IMG/VR virus record: IMGVR_UViG_2711768046_000005
DNA length: 35,930 bases
Reading direction: 5' to 3' (one strand)
Source: a virus
Lineage: Duplodnaviria > Heunggongvirae > Uroviricota > Caudoviricetes
Shown here: positions 1 through 8,751 of the stretch, piece after piece
How positions within the stretch are numbered: the stretch's first letter is position 1
How the letters are laid out: each line of letters opens with the position of its first letter
Program-made: the position numbers and the translations under genes
The notes under the pieces: model-generated
Databases searched by the model: none
Told to the model about the DNA's origin: nothing
The model's input: only the letters and a program-made list of their open reading frames with translations

Positions 1-1362
1 ATGTTTAAACCGGAACTCCTTTCCCCGGCGGGAACGCTGAAAAATATGCGTTACGCTTTCGCTTATGGCGCAGATGCTGTTTATGCGGGCCAGCCGCGTT
101 ACTCCCTGCGTGTGCGCAACAACGAATTCAACCACGAAAATCTTCAGCTCGGCATCAATGAAGCCCACGCGCTGGGGAAAAAGTTTTATGTCGTGGTCAA
201 CATTGCACCGCACAACGCCAAGCTGAAAACCTTTATCCGTGACCTGAAACCGGTGGTGGAAATGGGGCCGGATGCGCTGATTATGTCCGATCCAGGGCTG
301 ATTATGCTGGTGCGTGAGCACTTCCCTGAAATGCCGATCCATCTCTCGGTACAGGCTAACGCCGTGAACTGGGCGACGGTGAAATTCTGGCAGCAAATGG
401 GCCTGACCCGCGTGATCCTCTCTCGCGAGCTGTCGCTGGAAGAGATTGAAGAGATCCGCAATCAGGTGCCGGATATGGAGATCGAGATCTTCGTTCACGG
501 TGCGCTGTGCATGGCCTACTCCGGTCGCTGCCTGCTCTCTGGCTATATCAACAAGCGCGACCCGAACCAGGGTACCTGCACCAACGCCTGCCGCTGGGAG
601 TACAACGTCCAGGAAGGGAAAGAAGATGACGTTGGCAACATCGTACACAAGTACGAGCCAATTCCGGTGCAAAATGTTCAGCCGACGCTGGGTATCGGCG
701 CGCCAACCGACAAAGTGTTTATGATCGAAGAAGCCCAGCGTCCGGGCGAGTATATGACCGCGTTTGAAGATGAGCACGGCACTTACATCATGAACTCGAA
801 AGATCTGCGCGCCATCGCCCATGTTGAACGCCTGACCAAAATGGGCGTGCATTCGCTGAAAATCGAAGGCCGTACCAAATCTTTCTACTATTGCGCACGC
901 ACCGCGCAGGTTTACCGTAAAGCTATCGATGACGCCGCTGCGGGCAAACCGTTCGATACCAGCCTGCTGGAAACGCTGGAAGGTCTGGCGCATCGTGGCT
1001 ATACCGAAGGTTTCCTGCGTCGTCATACCCACGACGATTATCAGAACTACGAATACGGTTATTCGGTTTCTGACCGCCAGCAGTTTGTTGGTGAGTTTAC
1101 CGGTGAGCGCAAGGGGGAGCTCGCGGCGGTAGCGGTGAAAAATAAATTCTCCGTTGGCGACAGCCTTGAGCTAATGACGCCGCAAGGCAACATTAACTTT
1201 ACCCTTGAGCATATGGAAAACGCCAAAGGTGAAGCTATGCCGGTCGCACCAGGCGATGGTTATACTGTGTGGATCCCGGTGCCGCAGGATCTTGAGCTAA
1301 ATTACGCGCTGCTGATGCGTAATTTCTCCGGGGAAACCACGCGTAACCCCCACGGTAAGTGA
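1..1362 (+). CDS. yegQ: U32-family peptidase-like protein YegQ (TrhP, tRNA hydroxylation)
   Basis: Full 453-aa ORF starting at base 1. The sequence (MFKPELLSPAGTLKNMRYAFAYGADAVYAGQPRYSLR...) is recognised as E. coli YegQ. The downstream neighbour is cyaR, as in E. coli K-12. Confidence 0.85.
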   Translation: MFKPELLSPAGTLKNMRYAFAYGADAVYAGQPRYSLRVRNNEFNHENLQLGINEAHALGKKFYVVVNIAPHNAKLKTFIRDLKPVVEMGPDALIMSDPGLIMLVREHFPEMPIHLSVQANAVNWATVKFWQQMGLTRVILSRELSLEEIEEIRNQVPDMEIEIFVHGALCMAYSGRCLLSGYINKRDPNQGTCTNACRWEYNVQEGKEDDVGNIVHKYEPIPVQNVQPTLGIGAPTDKVFMIEEAQRPGEYMTAFEDEHGTYIMNSKDLRAIAHVERLTKMGVHSLKIEGRTKSFYYCARTAQVYRKAIDDAAAGKPFDTSLLETLEGLAHRGYTEGFLRRHTHDDYQNYEYGYSVSDRQQFVGEFTGERKGELAAVAVKNKFSVGDSLELMTPQGNINFTLEHMENAKGEAMPVAPGDGYTVWIPVPQDLELNYALLMRNFSGETTRNPHGK

Positions 1363-1396
1363 TTAATTTCGATTATTTTTCCCGGATGGAAAATTC

Positions 1397-1439
1397 TTAG
1401 AAACCGATCACATACAGCTGCATTTATTAAGGTTATCAT
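1397..1439 (+). promoter_or_regulatory. cyaR promoter: CRP-like site (TTAGA-N6-TCACA, 1397-1412) plus -10 TATCAT (1434-1439)
   Basis: There is a perfect TCACA half-site at 1408-1412 and a 3/5 left half. The site centre lies about 42 bp upstream of the CyaR 5' end at 1447. The -10-like TATCAT lies 7 nt upstream of 1447. CyaR is known to be CRP-cAMP activated. Confidence 0.45.
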
Positions 1440-1446
1440 CCGTTTC

Positions 1447-1533
1447 GCTGAAAAACATAACCCATAAAATGCTAGCTGTACCAGGAACCACCTCCTTAGC
1501 CTGTGTAATCTCCCTTACACGGGCTTATTTTTT
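1447..1533 (+). ncRNA. cyaR: CyaR (RyeE) Hfq-dependent sRNA, 87 nt
   Basis: The sequence gctgaaaaacataacccataaaatgctagctgtaccaggaaccacctccttagcctgtgtaatctcccttacacgggcttatttttt matches remembered CyaR. A terminator hairpin cctgtgtaa/ttacacggg is followed by a U-run. Confidence 0.85.
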
Positions 1534-1534
1534 A
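1507..1534. repeat. Attachment-site core, ogr-side junction (aatctcccttacacgggcttatttttta)
   Basis: The 28-bp sequence is identical to 35416-35443. It contains the reverse complement of the remembered 27-bp P2 core AAAAAATAAGCCCGTGTAAGGGAGATT. It overlaps the CyaR terminator. Confidence 0.9.
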
Positions 1535-1573
1535 CGCGTAATTCAATGAAATAAAAGGATTTATTTCTGGTCA

Positions 1574-1592
1574 CGTCCACACATTGACCACA
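1574..1592. promoter_or_regulatory. Putative Int arm-type binding repeats (cGTCCACA / TGaCCACA, 11-bp spacing), ogr-side arm
   Basis: There are two direct octamers at 1574-1581 and 1585-1592. They resemble the perfect TGTCCACA pair at 35309-35327 on the int-side arm. P2 Int is known to bind direct repeats in both arms. Confidence 0.5.
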
Positions 1593-1597
1593 TCGAC

Positions 1598-1622
1598 AAA
1601 AAAGCCCCTCGACTGAGGGGCT
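1598..1622 (-). terminator. Rho-independent terminator downstream of ogr (usable in both directions)
   Basis: The stem is agcccctc (1603-1610) / gaggggct (1615-1622) with loop gact. It has a 6-nt U-run on the - strand (A-run 1598-1603) and tttctgttt on the + strand. Confidence 0.8.
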
Positions 1623-1634
1623 TTCTGTTTGTAA

Positions 1635-1853
1635 TTACATCCACATAATTTGCTGCCCTGACGGTAACGGGTGCGGCCTTACGGCGTGGACTTCTCCCGG
1701 CTTCACGATGTATCTCTGTACCGACTCATAGGTGATGAACGTGGCGCTGCAATTCACGTTCTGGCACTGGTGATAACGCTCTTTTGTCGTGTCAGTGATA
1801 TAGCGGCTTGTACGCGCATGTGCGGCATGCTGGCATAAAGGACAATGAAACAT
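1635..1853 (-). CDS. ogr: Ogr, zinc-finger late-gene transcription activator (72 aa)
   Basis: MFHCPLCQHAAHARTSRYITDTTKERYHQCQNVNCSATF... is recognised as P2 Ogr. The start was trimmed to Met22 of the 93-aa ORF to give the 72-aa P2 length. Confidence 0.9.
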   Translation of the reverse strand: MFHCPLCQHAAHARTSRYITDTTKERYHQCQNVNCSATFITYESVQRYIVKPGEVHAVRPHPLPSGQQIMWM

Positions 1854-1934
1854 CGCGAGCACCTCTTCCGGTTTTGTTGATGGTGCCATTTTAGTTAATT
1901 TATCCTTATAAAACAAACAGATAAAATAAAAACA

Positions 1935-3098
1935 TCACTCATCATCTTCTGTTTCGTACTCCACATCAGAAAGCCTGACCTCAAGCTCTAAGGACGTCGT
2001 GAAGCCGCTATTATTCAGAAAATGTGTCACCTTAGTGATTGTCCAGTCCTGCTCGTCTATGACGCGCTTAAAGCCTGACACTTTGACCGGTATTTCCGTG
2101 TAAATATCTGCCCGACCGGTAGCCAGGCTGATGGAGAACTCCGCCACGCCCCGTTGCAGCTTATCCCACTTCGCCTGAGCGGCGCGCATGGCCTGCGCTT
2201 TCGTGGCATATACCGTGGTCAGGGCAAAAACGTTGTCAGCCTCACCGGCCATGTATTCACCTTCGCGCGCTTCCGGTACTTTTGGCGCTTTCTTCTGCGT
2301 GACTGGTTTCGCTTTCGGGTGCTCCAGTGCGCGCAGGTGTTTCTCTTTCTTTTTGCGTTTCAGTTTTACCTTCTGCTTTTGCGGCTTCGGGTCTTTGGTG
2401 TGAAGCCACTTTGCCGTTACGCCGGTATAGGCTCCACGGTCAGCAATCGCAAAATGATGACGGTCACCGTCGCTGCGGGTGATGGTGATCTGCGGGATTT
2501 TTTTACCGCTGGCCGTCACCCCATGCCCCGCTTTGAGAAACAGCAGTTTTCCCATTTTTACCGACACCTCACCGCCGTTGCGTTCAGCAAGACGGGTCAG
2601 GAATTTCACATCGAACTCCTGCGACTGGTCGATGTGCGGGATTTTAATTCCGGCCAGTGACGGAGCGACACTGGCTTCCAGCCTGTTACGGGAGGCGATC
2701 GCCTCAACAATCGCACCGAGCGTGGTGTCATGCCAGGAGCCTTCACGGCGGGAATTGAGCGTCCCGCGAAAATCTGCACTCCGGGCGCGGATGGTAACCA
2801 CATCCGGCGCGCCCCGGTGTTCAACCTCATCAACGGTAAATTTCCCTTTGCATACCAGGGCAAAACCTTTCCAGCCGATATACACCGTCAGGACAGCGCC
2901 ACGAACCGGCAGCCCGACCTGCCCGTCGGCATCGTTCAGTTCAATATCAAGCTGGTCAGCCTCAAAGCCCCGGTTATCCGTCAGGGTCATACTCATCAGA
3001 CGGTCGCTGATATTGCCGGTAATATCCCTGCTGTCGAGCATCAGCATGTAATCCGGCGTCAGCGTACTGCCTGCATCAAATGTCAGTGCATCCAGCAT
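1935..3098 (-). CDS. D: Tail protein D (387 aa)
   Basis: The length and synteny are identical to P2 gpD, and the Lys-rich internal segment is typical. The start overlaps the U stop (TAATG). Confidence 0.9.
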   Translation of the reverse strand: MLDALTFDAGSTLTPDYMLMLDSRDITGNISDRLMSMTLTDNRGFEADQLDIELNDADGQVGLPVRGAVLTVYIGWKGFALVCKGKFTVDEVEHRGAPDVVTIRARSADFRGTLNSRREGSWHDTTLGAIVEAIASRNRLEASVAPSLAGIKIPHIDQSQEFDVKFLTRLAERNGGEVSVKMGKLLFLKAGHGVTASGKKIPQITITRSDGDRHHFAIADRGAYTGVTAKWLHTKDPKPQKQKVKLKRKKKEKHLRALEHPKAKPVTQKKAPKVPEAREGEYMAGEADNVFALTTVYATKAQAMRAAQAKWDKLQRGVAEFSISLATGRADIYTEIPVKVSGFKRVIDEQDWTITKVTHFLNNSGFTTSLELEVRLSDVEYETEDDE

Positions 3099-3577
3099 TA
3101 TCCCGCCCCCGTCATATCCGTGAATTTAGTCGCCATACTGCCAGCCTTACCGATGAGCGATTCCGCCTGTTTACCGATATCGCCATAAAGCGCGGCCAGT
3201 GATTCATCAACGCGGGTGAGCGACAGCGTAAAATCAATTTTCCGGGGTGTGCCGTCTGCAAAGAAAATACTCCCTGTTTCACTCACCCTGCTGATGACAT
3301 ACATGCCGTAAATCATGCCAGTGCCATCCAGCAACGGCCACGCCCGGCCTTCCTCTGCCATCAGCCTGAGCGTGGTCATCGTCAGCTTTCCGCCGGTCAG
3401 TTCGGGATAAAGCACACCGGCAAGCGTCATGTTTTCCTCACCCACACCGAGAAACTGATAGGCATCCCGTTTACCAATACGGGAATTTGACGGCCAGCGA
3501 TAATCCGATTCACGTTGCATGGTCTGGTGCGGCAGCGTCTGGCGCATAAAAACAAACATCCCTAACGCGAGCATCAT
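3098..3577 (-). CDS. U: Tail protein U (159 aa)
   Basis: P2 gpU length and position between T and D. Confidence 0.9.
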   Translation of the reverse strand: MMLALGMFVFMRQTLPHQTMQRESDYRWPSNSRIGKRDAYQFLGVGEENMTLAGVLYPELTGGKLTMTTLRLMAEEGRAWPLLDGTGMIYGMYVISRVSETGSIFFADGTPRKIDFTLSLTRVDESLAALYGDIGKQAESLIGKAGSMATKFTDMTGAG

Positions 3578-3591
3578 TTTTCGTCACCTCC

Positions 3592-6039
3592 TTAACCGTC
3601 ATGCATCATGCTGGCACGGGCGCGCGCACGTTTATCCCGCTCGTATTTTTCGAGCGCATCCTGTAACTGGCGGTCGAGCTGTGTTCCCGGTGCATTACCA
3701 CCCGGCAGGCTGATGTGATATTCGTTTTTACTCTGGTCTACATACGAGCGGCCAGCCGGTGCCGTGACCGGCTGGTAAGCCTGATAGCCTGCATAAGAGC
3801 TGGTCGCCGGAATATAACCACCTGTGCCATACGTGGCGGCATGAGTTCTGGCGGCAGTCTGGTCAAGTGCGTCAGACTCTTTGTTGATGACGCCGAGTTT
3901 TTCCAGTACCCAGTCAATACCGCTGCGCAGTTTGTTGAACGCATTAAGCGGCAGCATCAGCGCGTCAGCCAGTGCCTGCCCGAACATGACGCCCGTGTCA
4001 CGGCAACGGTTCAGGGTGTCCTGGGTGGCTTTGACCGGGGCAATCAGGTTTTTAAACCACTGCCACGCGGCCTGTAACTTTTCGCCCAGCCAGTCAAACA
4101 CCGGTTTCAGTGGCGAGAACAGCTCCCCCACCGGCGCAAATGCTGCTTTCAGCCCTTCAACCACACCACCAAAGAATGCGCTGACAGGCTCCCAGTATTT
4201 ACGGATAAGCAACGCCCCGGCGACAATGGCAGCCACCACAGCCACAACCGGCCAGCTAATAGCCCCGATGGCGGTCATAACAGCACTGCCAACCGTCGTG
4301 AAGATTGCCCCCATTGCGCCTGCTGCCGCGATGATGGCATTGATGCCGGTGATAACCGGCCAGGCTACAAGACCAATTGCACCGATGATGCCAATCAGCG
4401 CCAGCGCGCCACCGGCAATGAGGCCAATGGTTGACGCCAGTGATTTGTTTTTCTTGATCCAGCCGTCGAGTTTTAACACATACTTTGTGGCCGTCTGCGT
4501 GAGATTACGCAGTGCGCCTTCCTGCTGGTCAAACAGGTCAGTCCCCACCGCCTCATAAGCAGACTGAAACTCCTTAAAGTCACCGCCGAGGTTATCCTGC
4601 ATGATATTTACCAGCTCGGCGGTCTTCCCGTCTGAGGCTTTAAACGCAGCGGTCAGTTTGTCCAGCTTTCCGGTTGAGGCGGCAGTCATCAGCACGGCGG
4701 CGGCTGAGCTGGCTTCCTCCCCGAAAATGGTTTTCATGTATTCAGCCTGCTGGGCAGTACCGAGCCGGTTTTTCTCAAAACTGGCCTGCATTTCTTTCAG
4801 AATGGTAAATACTGGTCGGGTGTTTCCCTTACTGTCTGAGGTTTTCACGCCAAGCTCTTTGAGTGCATCCCATGCTTTTCCCGTCGGTGCCTGCAGGCGA
4901 CTTAACACGGCACGGCTTCCCGTCCCCGCCATTGAGCCTGTGATTTTTGCATCATGCAGCGCTCCGACCATTGCGGCGGTTTCTTCAATGCTGACACCGG
5001 CATTTTTTGCCACAGGTGCAGCATAGGTCAGCGCATCGCTCATACCGTCAAAATCGGCGGCGGTTTTGTTCATCGTCATGGAGAGAACATCCCCGATATG
5101 AGCGACCTTATCGTTTGAAAGCTGAAAGGCGGATTTCATCCCCATCAGCAGGGCAGCGTTTTCTTCCATCGTGCGACGGTTCGCCAGCGCCATATTCAGC
5201 GTGACCGGCGTTGCCGCCTGAATGGCATCAACATCCCCACCGGCTTTCGCAATAATAATCTGCGCACCGGCTGCATCATCTGCCGAGGCGGCGGTATTGT
5301 CGCCGAGCTGGCGCGCCTGTTTGCGTAGTGCAGCCATTTCGGCGGAGTCTTTTGCCACTCCGAGCACGGCCTGCAATTCTGAGTTTTTCTGCGCAAACTC
5401 ATAACCGGGCATCAGCAGCTTAACTCCGGCCATCGTTCCCGCCGCCGCAATCCCCACACCGGCAGCGCCCACCGAGGCCATATTTCCGGCCAGTTCCTTG
5501 CCTGCCTGATAACGCTGTTTGACTGCGTTAAGTTTTGCCTGTTGCGCACTGACACGCGCCAGCGCGTCGCGCTGACGGTTAAGCTGTGCGGTGGTTTCAC
5601 TGATACGGTTTTTCAGTCCCTGCTCATCATGTGCAAGATTGCGGGTATTAATTCCCACAGCGGCCAGTTCCCGTTGCTGGCGTTTAACGGAATCCGTCAG
5701 GTGGTTACATTTCGCCTGTAAGTCCTCCGCCGCACGCTTTGCGGATTCCAGCACTTTCGCCTGAGCACGGGTCGGACGTTCGGTGTTTTTAAACTGTGTG
5801 GCAAGGGCTTCGGCTTCCTGCCGTGCCTTTTCAAGTGCATGACCAGTCACGGCAAGCTGTGCGCTGGTCTTGCGAAATCCCTCAATACGGGATGCGTGAC
5901 CGTTCAGCTCGCGCAGTGATTTTTGTGTTTCCCGGATATCCCCCGACAGCGACTTACTCGCTGTGCGGATGGATTTAAACGGGCGGGATGCCTGGTCAAC
6001 AGCCCTGAGCAATACCTGTAATTTTACATTGTTACTCAT
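3592..6039 (-). CDS. T: Tail tape-measure protein T (815 aa)
   Basis: P2 gpT length. The N-terminus is coiled-coil rich and there is a central hydrophobic Gly/Ala-rich segment. It lies downstream of E/E'. Confidence 0.9.
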   Translation of the reverse strand: MSNNVKLQVLLRAVDQASRPFKSIRTASKSLSGDIRETQKSLRELNGHASRIEGFRKTSAQLAVTGHALEKARQEAEALATQFKNTERPTRAQAKVLESAKRAAEDLQAKCNHLTDSVKRQQRELAAVGINTRNLAHDEQGLKNRISETTAQLNRQRDALARVSAQQAKLNAVKQRYQAGKELAGNMASVGAAGVGIAAAGTMAGVKLLMPGYEFAQKNSELQAVLGVAKDSAEMAALRKQARQLGDNTAASADDAAGAQIIIAKAGGDVDAIQAATPVTLNMALANRRTMEENAALLMGMKSAFQLSNDKVAHIGDVLSMTMNKTAADFDGMSDALTYAAPVAKNAGVSIEETAAMVGALHDAKITGSMAGTGSRAVLSRLQAPTGKAWDALKELGVKTSDSKGNTRPVFTILKEMQASFEKNRLGTAQQAEYMKTIFGEEASSAAAVLMTAASTGKLDKLTAAFKASDGKTAELVNIMQDNLGGDFKEFQSAYEAVGTDLFDQQEGALRNLTQTATKYVLKLDGWIKKNKSLASTIGLIAGGALALIGIIGAIGLVAWPVITGINAIIAAAGAMGAIFTTVGSAVMTAIGAISWPVVAVVAAIVAGALLIRKYWEPVSAFFGGVVEGLKAAFAPVGELFSPLKPVFDWLGEKLQAAWQWFKNLIAPVKATQDTLNRCRDTGVMFGQALADALMLPLNAFNKLRSGIDWVLEKLGVINKESDALDQTAARTHAATYGTGGYIPATSSYAGYQAYQPVTAPAGRSYVDQSKNEYHISLPGGNAPGTQLDRQLQDALEKYERDKRARARASMMHDG

Positions 6040-6459
6040 TCGTGTTTCCGCTTCGCCGGAGCGCCTTTTCGCGCCATGTGATGAGTTCGGTCAGGCTCAT
6101 GGGATACAGTTCTGATGGCGGCCAGTGAAATATCACTGCCACATCCGCCATCAGGTCATCGACCGAGAGATTTTTCGGAAACGTCACTGCACCGAGTTCG
6201 GCGACAAAAAACCGACCACCTTACCGGCCAGCGCCACAAGGTCAGGCAGTTCCAGCGCAGCGACTTCCTGCTCGGTCAGCATCGGTGCCGTCATGCGCGG
6301 CAGCACCTTAATCAGTGCATCGACTTCGGAGTTCGCGACCGCTGCCAGACTGACACCGCGCAGCGTCCCGGCATTGGGTTTCATCAGCGTGACCTGTTCG
6401 ATAACCTGCTCACCACGTTTGACCGGATTGTCCAGGGTAATGACATTTTCTTTGTTCAT
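6032..6459 (-). CDS. E': Tail assembly chaperone E+E' produced by programmed -1 frameshift (142 aa)
   Basis: Hand translation after a -1 slip on G GTT TTT TG gives ...FVAELGAVTFPKNLSVDDLMADVAVIFHWPPSELYPMSLTELITWREKALRRSGNTNE*. The stop TAA at 6032-6034 overlaps the T start (ATGAGTAA). The 428 nt plus 1 give 143 codons. Confidence 0.8.
6184..6459 (-). CDS. E: Tail assembly chaperone E (91 aa)
   Basis: P2 gpE length and position. The ORF ends ...KVVGFLSPNSVQ. Confidence 0.9.
   Translation of the reverse strand: MNKENVITLDNPVKRGEQVIEQVTLMKPNAGTLRGVSLAAVANSEVDALIKVLPRMTAPMLTEQEVAALELPDLVALAGKVVGFLSPNSVQ
6205..6211 (-). other. Slippery heptamer TTTTTTG for E/E' -1 frameshift
   Basis: The + strand reads caaaaaa at 6205-6211. 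This is the conserved tail-chaperone frameshift signal of P2 and of the lambda G/GT class. Confidence 0.8.
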
Positions 6460-6515
6460 GGTTTTCTCACTTCTGAATCGGGGTTAACCGGTCAGCCAGG
6501 CTGACCGGATGAAAA

Positions 6516-7034
6516 TCACAGGCCGATATTGCGGCGGTGTTGCTCCAGCCGGTCGACGCCGTTCACCTTCTCAATCATGTTGATGGTGTCGATTTCGACC
6601 AGCTCCTTACCGTCCATCGTCAGCCGGAAATAGGTGCAGACCACGGAGATTTTCGACTCGGTGTCTTCTCCCTGTTTGCCCTCGCCGGTGTCGATTTCTT
6701 TCTGACGTCCACGCATGACCACCTCGACGGCCACCGTTTCGCCGGTATCGTCGCGCTGGTAAGAGCCTGCAAAACGAATCGGTACGGCATCCACACCGGT
6801 TGCGGCGTAAAGCTCCCAGATAACCGAATCCGGGAAGCCACCGAGCGACCACTCCATTGACAGCGCATCGTCATCAAGGCCGAGGTCTACCGGTGCGCTG
6901 CCGTTCATCCCCGCACCGCGATAGTTTTCGAGCTTACGGGTCAGTTTTGGTAGCGTGACGGACTTCGCGACGCCCTGATAGCTGTAGCCGTTCAGAAAGA
7001 CGTTCATTAACTTGAGTTTGCGCGGCATTGCCAT
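6516..7034 (-). CDS. FII: Tail tube protein FII (172 aa)
   Basis: P2 FII length and synteny. Confidence 0.9.
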   Translation of the reverse strand: MAMPRKLKLMNVFLNGYSYQGVAKSVTLPKLTRKLENYRGAGMNGSAPVDLGLDDDALSMEWSLGGFPDSVIWELYAATGVDAVPIRFAGSYQRDDTGETVAVEVVMRGRQKEIDTGEGKQGEDTESKISVVCTYFRLTMDGKELVEIDTINMIEKVNGVDRLEQHRRNIGL

Positions 7035-7046
7035 CGGTCAGGCTCC

Positions 7047-8237
7047 TTAATTGCTGTTAACCGAGGTGACCAGATTTGCCAGGTATTTATCGGTAATACG
7101 CTGGCGCAGGGTCAGGTTTTCAAGAGGAGGCACCGGTGTATAGTCGTAGTCGATATACAGTTTTCCGGCCTTGAGGGTTTCCGCATCGTTGGATTCTTCG
7201 CTGAACCAGCAGGTCGCATCCACGATATAGCCGTTTGTTTTCAGCTCACGGAATTTGGCATTGATGCCGTCAACGATGTCGCGAATCAGCGTTGCGGTGA
7301 TGGGCTTGTCCACCGCCCACATGTGCGCCTCAGCCATCGTGTCGGCCATCACCTGCGCGGTGCGGGTGTAGTTTTCAAAGAGGAACAGCGGGTCATCAGA
7401 GCAGGTACGGTTACCCCAGAAGCGGAAACCGTCGCGGCGAATCAGCGTTGTGACGCCTGCCTCGTTCAGCAGGTCAGCATCGGTGCCGGACTCCTGCAAA
7501 TCCCAGAATACAGATGCGCTGATGCCGGTAACACCGTTTACCCCGACGTTGGACAGCGTTTTATGCCAGCCCTGCTCCTGGTCGATTTTAGCACGCAGCC
7601 CCAGCGCACGGGCGGTGGCATACGCGGTGGCGGTAGTGCTGCTGACCGTATCCCATGCGAGGAAATCCGGCCAGATGACCATCAGCTCACGCTGGCTGAA
7701 ATTCTGGCGGTAGGCTTTCACCTCGGAAATGGTTTTACAGCCCCATGCGCTGATATACCCGAAAGCGCGCAGCTTCTGACAGACTGATGCCAGTGCAACA
7801 GCCACCTCTTTGGTGTCCAGTCCCGGCACGCCGAGAATACGCGGTTTAACACCGGTTACCGACTCTGCCGCCAGCAGGGCTTTCAGTCCGGTATACTGAC
7901 CGTTTTCGTCAGTGGTGCCGATGATATTGGAAACGGTCTGCGCGAGTTTCGTTTCTTCGTCGTCGCCGGTGCCGTCTTCAACACGCACGACAACGGTGAC
8001 CGGTTTTGACTGGTCAGCGATGGCCTGCAACGATGCCGCCAGCGTGCCTTTTTTACCGGCCTTTGCAATTGCGCTCTGCACATTGGTAATCAGCACCGGT
8101 TTATTGAGGGGGAAGGTTTCCGCATCCGCATCGCTGGCCGTGCAGACCATGCCGACAATGGCAGTGGATACAGTGGAAATGACGCGGGTGCCGTCGTTAA
8201 TCTCCAGCACCTGCACGCCGTGATGATAGTCACTCAT
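7047..8237 (-). CDS. FI: Tail sheath protein FI (396 aa)
   Basis: P2 FI length and synteny. Confidence 0.9.
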   Translation of the reverse strand: MSDYHHGVQVLEINDGTRVISTVSTAIVGMVCTASDADAETFPLNKPVLITNVQSAIAKAGKKGTLAASLQAIADQSKPVTVVVRVEDGTGDDEETKLAQTVSNIIGTTDENGQYTGLKALLAAESVTGVKPRILGVPGLDTKEVAVALASVCQKLRAFGYISAWGCKTISEVKAYRQNFSQRELMVIWPDFLAWDTVSSTTATAYATARALGLRAKIDQEQGWHKTLSNVGVNGVTGISASVFWDLQESGTDADLLNEAGVTTLIRRDGFRFWGNRTCSDDPLFLFENYTRTAQVMADTMAEAHMWAVDKPITATLIRDIVDGINAKFRELKTNGYIVDATCWFSEESNDAETLKAGKLYIDYDYTPVPPLENLTLRQRITDKYLANLVTSVNSN

Positions 8238-8309
8238 CCGTTTAACTCCGTGGTTAATGGGTGCAACTATTTTCTGTTGGGCAGTGCATGAGACGCTATT
8301 TGACCTGAC

Positions 8310-8327
8310 TGGTCAGTGGATGAAACA
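8310..8327 (-). promoter_or_regulatory. Putative Ogr-responsive dyad of late promoter P_F (TGT-N12-CCA on - strand)
   Basis: This is an imperfect version of the P2 late-promoter dyad TGT-N12-ACA. Its centre at 8318.5 is about 56 bp upstream of a plausible start downstream of a GAAAAT -10-like hexamer (8274-8269). Confidence 0.35.
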
Positions 8328-8334
8328 ACAGATT

Positions 8335-8361
8335 AAAGAAAAGGCGGGCAATTCGCCCGCC
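8335..8361 (-). terminator. Rho-independent terminator (end of upstream late H-G transcription unit / cargo boundary)
   Basis: The stem is ggcgggc (8343-8349) / gcccgcc (8355-8361), followed on the - strand by ttttcttt. Confidence 0.7.
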
Positions 8362-8421
8362 TGTCCTGATTTGAACTCACTCATTTTCCGACTGACAATT
8401 TACATAGCCCAAAAGTTATCA

Positions 8422-8457
8422 AATCTGACAGTCTGCTTTGAGTGAGAAGCAGACATT
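8422..8457. repeat. 36-bp inverted-repeat element, copy A (left border of FRG cargo island)
   Basis: The sequence is aatctgacagtctgctttgagtgagaagcagacatt. Its reverse complement matches 10229-10264 at 11/11 plus 15/16 outer positions, with a divergent 9-nt centre. It can itself fold (gtctgctt/aagcagac). Confidence 0.8.
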
Positions 8458-8751
8458 TACTTAACCGGATAGCAAGAGACTTCATACTACAGCTCATACA
8501 TCATGGTTGATCCCGGAGTTTTCAGCAATGGAAATTGCCCACATGATCGTACCGTAACCACATTAGAAGCAGGTTCACTTTGTGAATTTTGATTGTGTCA
8601 CCCTATCAGTTTTGAATTTTTATAAAAAATATTCGCAAATTTGTGAATTATGAGAGACATACGAGCATGGACAACCAATGTTACTTTCATACACAATGAA
8701 GCAACATGATAAAAATACACTGACTTTAGTAAGTAAATTTAGGAGATTGCG

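Noticed and set aside
1854-1916. N-terminal extensions offered by the ORF track for ogr, with similar extensions for V (15447-15515), L, X, O, P, lysC, B, orf78 and A
   Set aside because: Internal Met codons reproduce the remembered P2 protein lengths exactly and give sensible SD spacing or start/stop coupling. The extensions run into promoter or upstream-gene sequence.
2154-3188. Multiple + strand ORFs (168, 190 and 152 aa) antisense to D and U
   Set aside because: They are fully overlapped by genes of exact P2 length (D 387 aa, U 159 aa). They lack ribosome-binding sites and have typical antisense-frame amino-acid bias.
3881-4558. 225-aa + strand ORF, along with several others at 3715-4077, 4601-5026 and 5796-5978, antisense to the tape-measure gene T
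   Set aside because: These are shadow ORFs in a GC-rich gene. They have no SD, their composition is low complexity (Ala/Ser/Pro-rich), and the opposite strand encodes a full-length P2 gpT.
8257-8445. 62-aa + strand ORF upstream of FI
   Set aside because: It covers the P_F promoter region, a terminator hairpin and repeat copy A, and it has no SD.
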